A stretch of 64,000 bases of DNA from Syntrophales bacterium. Lineage in GTDB: Bacteria > Desulfobacterota > Syntrophia > Syntrophales > UBA6807. The DNA lies in contig JAXGPA010000003.1 in assembly GCA_040767195.1 (NCBI GenBank), positions 96,001 through 160,000 on the forward strand, given 5' to 3'. This document shows positions 60,950 to 64,000 of the stretch, piece by piece. Each line of letters begins with the position of its first letter. Position 1 is the first letter of the stretch. Under the pieces are notes generated by a model that was given only the letters and a program-made list of their open reading frames with translations, ran no database searches and was not told where the DNA came from. The translations under genes and the position numbers were made by a program.

Positions 60950-61327
60950 TTAATAATTTTTTGCGAGACCATCAAATTTAATATGCAGGCTGTCAGCTAC
61001 TTGTTCCAGTTTCTTGTCAAGTGTCCAAAATGGAATGCCCGTTAATAGAGCGGATGCAATCAGTTGAACATCCACATAACCGATACCTTTTCCCATTAAA
61101 CGGTTATTCTCAATAAAAGACAGTACTTCTTCATGTTCGGCTTCAATGCTCATTGGTAATAGTCGGAGAAAGGAAAGTATAACGTCTCTGTCCTTGAGAT
61201 TCCCGCAAGCCAGTTCTCCAACAATTAATGGATGGCATATTACCCTGCCGTTATGAAGCAAATCTGCCAATTCAGCATTCCCATCTCGTAAATGCGAGAC
61301 CCAGACAGACGTGTCCGCCAGAACCAT
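60950..61327 (-). CDS. vapC: VapC PIN-domain toxin
   Basis: VLADTSVW, HP...GELACG, G.GYVD, WTLDK. Confidence 0.92.
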   Translation of the reverse strand: MVLADTSVWVSHLRDGNAELADLLHNGRVICHPLIVGELACGNLKDRDVILSFLRLLPMSIEAEHEEVLSFIENNRLMGKGIGYVDVQLIASALLTGIPFWTLDKKLEQVADSLHIKFDGLAKNY

Positions 61328-61333
61328 GAGCTG

Positions 61334-61525
61334 TTATGCTCCCTTTCTTCTTGGTATTTCCTGAAGTTTTTTTTGAGTTCCACCCAGCTTCGCAAGCCTC
61401 CGGGCGCTTTCCTTCTCAATCAGCGCTTCCAGGCCCAGTTTGACGAGTGTTGTTTTCTCTTTAATTCCGGTAATTTTAATTGCTTTATCGAGTAAATTAT
61501 CTTCGATATTCAACGTTGTTCTCAT
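61334..61525 (-). CDS. vapB: VapB antitoxin (DUF2191-like)
   Basis: MRTTLNIED.LL..A...TGI.EKT.LV..GLEALI. Confidence 0.9.
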   Translation of the reverse strand: MRTTLNIEDNLLDKAIKITGIKEKTTLVKLGLEALIEKESARRLAKLGGTQKKLQEIPRRKGA

Positions 61526-61552
61526 GCGATCACCTCATACAAATGTGATGCT

Positions 61553-61583
61553 ATAATATGTACATATTATGCATATATGTCAA
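61553..61583 (-). promoter_or_regulatory. vapBC promoter with autorepression operator
   Basis: TTGACA (61583-61578) and perfect 18-bp palindrome ATAATATGTACATATTAT at 61553-61570. Confidence 0.65.
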
Positions 61584-61593
61584 GGATATTTTA

Positions 61594-61649
61594 TGATAAC
61601 GTGCTGGTCACCGCAGCTGAAAGCCGTCCGCTTGTGTAGCTGGTTATGA
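61594..61649 (-). other. attC-like site
   Basis: Minus strand TCATAAC (contains the GNAT stop) ... GTTATCA, 56 bp, imperfect stem. Confidence 0.6.
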
Positions 61650-62087
61650 GTTGTACTCCATTAATATTTCCATATGACCTGTATGCTTGTCGACTTTTTC
61701 CTCGATGATTAAAAATCCACATTTTCTATAAAAATCAACGCTCCTGGGATTCTCTTGGTACACAGTGAGATACAATTTCTTTCTCAAAGATTTTGCCTTC
61801 TTCATCAATTGCTGTCCAATGCCTTTACCCTGGGCATCTGGAGAAACGAACATTGCCGCTAACGACTCTCCATTGAGCGAGATGAAACCCTTAACAGTTC
61901 CGTTCTCCGAAAAGACGTACGTATCCGAAGCTGGAATATATGTTTCACGCATGTCGCAAACTCTTGATTCCCAGAACTCTTTTCCAACAAAGCCATGCGC
62001 CCTGATTGTGGCTTCCAGCCAAATATTCAAGACATCATTCATATCCGATGATTCAAAAGTGCGTATCATGTCAGTCCTCAGACTCAT
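61644..62087 (-). CDS. GNAT acetyltransferase (YjaB/YiaC-like)
   Basis: IWLEA.I.AH.F....W, FVSP..QGKGIG, V...N.....FY. Confidence 0.9.
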   Translation of the reverse strand: MSLRTDMIRTFESSDMNDVLNIWLEATIRAHGFVGKEFWESRVCDMRETYIPASDTYVFSENGTVKGFISLNGESLAAMFVSPDAQGKGIGQQLMKKAKSLRKKLYLTVYQENPRSVDFYRKCGFLIIEEKVDKHTGHMEILMEYNS

Positions 62088-62143
62088 AACGAATTAAATC
62101 AACGGGGCGGTTTTGCCGCATTTGCTGGATCTGCTTGTCAGCG
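62084..62143 (-). other. attC site
   Basis: Minus strand CGCTGAC-AAGCAG-ATCCAGC..GCGG-CAAAA-CCGC..GTTGAT-TTAATTC-GTTATGA; L boxes pair with one bulged C. Confidence 0.65.
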
Positions 62144-62630
62144 TCTTCGACATTTCCACACATGCCATTTGCCTTCCCGTTGGTAACTGGAAAAAACCTT
62201 CAAGGAGTTGGGTGTATCCGTGTTTCTGATAAAACGTCTTAGCATTCAGAGACGAATCCAGTTTAAGTTTTGCATGGCCTTTTTGAAGGGCAATTTTCTC
62301 AAGTTCCTGAAGCAGCCTCTTGCCAATGCCCCGTCCAGTAAACGCCGCCTTCACATAAATCGCCCCTATACGCTCTTGATATAAATCGAGTATGCCAAAT
62401 CCTGCAGGTTCATCGTTTAAGTAACCAATCAGCCCGACAGAATGGCTTTCAGCCATCTTCTGCTTGAGGTCACGGATTCGCTGCTTTGTCACCGGCGGAG
62501 ACCAGTCATTTAATATCTCTTGTCCGTAAAATTGCCGAGCTTCCCCTTGATGGACGGCGTCGTGGTGGATACGAACAACCGTTTCTACAATCTCTGATTC
62601 AGCAGATTCTGTTTTGAACAATTTCATCAT
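62094..62630 (-). CDS. GNAT acetyltransferase (YafP-like)
   Basis: IYV.....GRGIG..LL..LE, SSLNA..FY..HGY; C-terminus reads through the attC site. Confidence 0.88.
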   Translation of the reverse strand: MMKLFKTESAESEIVETVVRIHHDAVHQGEARQFYGQEILNDWSPPVTKQRIRDLKQKMAESHSVGLIGYLNDEPAGFGILDLYQERIGAIYVKAAFTGRGIGKRLLQELEKIALQKGHAKLKLDSSLNAKTFYQKHGYTQLLEGFFQLPTGRQMACVEMSKTLTSRSSKCGKTAPLI

Positions 62631-62633
62631 GTG

Positions 62634-62655
62634 TGCTAACGGCGGAGCTAAGCGG
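62634..62655 (-). other. Right half of an attC site (L' and R' only)
   Basis: Minus strand CCGCTTAGCTCCGCC-GTTAGCA, 3 nt before the GNAT ATG; no matching left arm upstream. Confidence 0.5.
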
Positions 62656-62739
62656 AGAAAACGATCAATATACGATTATACCTCTTATACCAGCTTCAGG
62701 AAAAATGCGTCATTGAAATTGGATGAATTTTCAAATCCT

Positions 62740-62850
62740 TTTAAAAATCAAATAATTATTATTGAAGAATGAACGTAAAATGTGTTTAAAAATCAAATAA
62801 TTGTTATTGAAGGAAAACGTAAAATGTGTCTATTATCAGCACGTAAAATG
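62740..62850 (+). repeat. AT-rich tandem repeat (2 x ~45 bp plus partial)
   Basis: TTTAAAAATCAAATAATT(A/G)TTATTGAAG...AACGTAAAATGTG at 62740 and 62785; ACGTAAAATG a third time at 62841. Confidence 0.85.
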
Positions 62851-62961
62851 GATAATCAGAAACATTCGGCACGTCATATTGAGAATGTGTGGTTCGTATT
62901 ATCGGGAACGGTGCTGAGCGGATCAAGGAAACCACCCCCGAGCGATCACGGTGAAACATGA

Positions 62962-64000
62962 ATGGGAAAAAAACCGAATCAATCAATTACGTACAGCACG
63001 TCAAAAACCATAAAAAACCGATTGGGAAACTCCCGTCAAAATCGACTTCAATCCCGAATTCCACCGTGCCGTCTGAATCCCGAACTGGAACTCATGGAGA
63101 AGACGGACAGGCACGTCTTCGTCACGGGCCGGGCGGGCACGGGAAAATCGACGCTCCTTCAATATTTCCGCAGCCGCACGGGCAAGAACGCCGTGATCCT
63201 GGCGCCGACGGGCGTGGCCGCCGTCAACGTGGGCGGGCAGACCATCCACTCCTTTTTCCATTTCAAGCCGAACGTGACGCCGGCGTCCATCCGCAAGAAG
63301 CGGCGTGCGGAACAGGGCAAGCCGACGATTTACAAGAAGCTGACCACGATTGTGATCGACGAAGTCTCCATGGTGCGGGCCGACCTGCTGGACTGCGTGG
63401 ACAGGTTCCTGCGGCTCAACGGTCCCGATCCGAAAAAACCCTTCGGCGGCGTGCAGATGATCCTCATCGGCGATCTGTATCAATTGCCCCCCGTCGTCTC
63501 CGGCCGGGAAAAGGAGATTTTCCGCGGGCATTATGAAAGCCCGTACTTCTTCAGCGCCGCCGTCTTCGATCAAATGAACCTGGAATTCGTCGAACTCGAA
63601 AAAGTGTATCGCCAGAAGGACGACGAGTTCGTCCGCCTGCTCAACGCCATCCGCAACCGCACGGTGACCGATGACGACCTGGCGCTCCTGAACCGGCGCT
63701 GCGATCCCGCCTTTGAAGCCCCTGCCGAAGCCTTTTACATATCTCTGACCAGTGTCAACAAGACGGCCGATCGGGTCAACGAGGAGCAGCTGGCCCGGCT
63801 GCCAGGCCGGATATGGAAAGCCCACGGTCTTATGGAAGGGGAATTCGACCGGGACTATCTTCCGACGGCCACGGAACTGAAACTCAAGAAGGGCGCCCAG
63901 ATCATGCTCCTGAACAATGACTCTTACGGGCGCTGGATCAACGGCACCATCGGGAAAGTCAAGGGCTTCAAGAAAGACAGGGAGGGCGAGGACGTTATCA
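62962..64000 (+). CDS. PIF1/RecD-like SF1B helicase (runs off the window; start uncertain, alternative ATG 63094)
   Basis: Translated manually: FVTGRAGTGKST, LAPTGVAA.N.GGQTIHSFF, IDEVSM, PFGG.Q....GDLYQLPPV. Confidence 0.9.
   Translation, partial: MGKKPNQSITYSTSKTIKNRLGNSRQNRLQSRIPPCRLNPELELMEKTDRHVFVTGRAGTGKSTLLQYFRSRTGKNAVILAPTGVAAVNVGGQTIHSFFHFKPNVTPASIRKKRRAEQGKPTIYKKLTTIVIDEVSMVRADLLDCVDRFLRLNGPDPKKPFGGVQMILIGDLYQLPPVVSGREKEIFRGHYESPYFFSAAVFDQMNLEFVELEKVYRQKDDEFVRLLNAIRNRTVTDDDLALLNRRCDPAFEAPAEAFYISLTSVNKTADRVNEEQLARLPGRIWKAHGLMEGEFDRDYLPTATELKLKKGAQIMLLNNDSYGRWINGTIGKVKGFKKDREGEDVI

Noticed and set aside
62740..62850. Possible CRISPR array
   Set aside because: Only two abutting repeats, no unique spacers, no cas genes.
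62958..63825. ORF-track calls 62958-63536 (+) and 63001-63825 (-), including as a possible integron integrase
   Set aside because: Wrong frames; the real gene is the PIF1-like helicase, and no tyrosine-recombinase motifs are present.

Overview
GC-rich bacterial chromosomal segment, most consistent with an anaerobic deltaproteobacterium (Syntrophales/Desulfobacterota-like; inferred from gene content only). Positions 1-50 kb are mostly housekeeping and metabolic genes: a B12 radical SAM enzyme, a two-component pair, a stand-alone fusA, recJ, rpmB, pfkA, purMN, recG, hom, apgM, iorAB, a DnaJ-class protein, a liv-like ABC operon containing an acyl-CoA ligase, hflKC, gpgS, glycerate kinase and moaE. 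A candidate chromosomal dif site lies at 35742-35769, where gene orientation converges. Positions 50.1-62.7 kb form an accessory array of co-oriented minus-strand genes punctuated by attC-like sites, with no integrase in the window, and by a ~300-bp non-coding element family with 14-bp terminal inverted repeats. The best leads are: (1) an unannotated Phe-rich 21-aa leader peptide with tandem terminators upstream of the ABC/CoA-ligase operon, suggesting Phe-controlled aryl-acid salvage feeding IorAB; (2) the TIR element family, with conserved hairpins and junction micro-duplications that end at the same GGGGTC position; (3) the integrase-less attC cassette array. All calls come from manual reading; no database searches were run.
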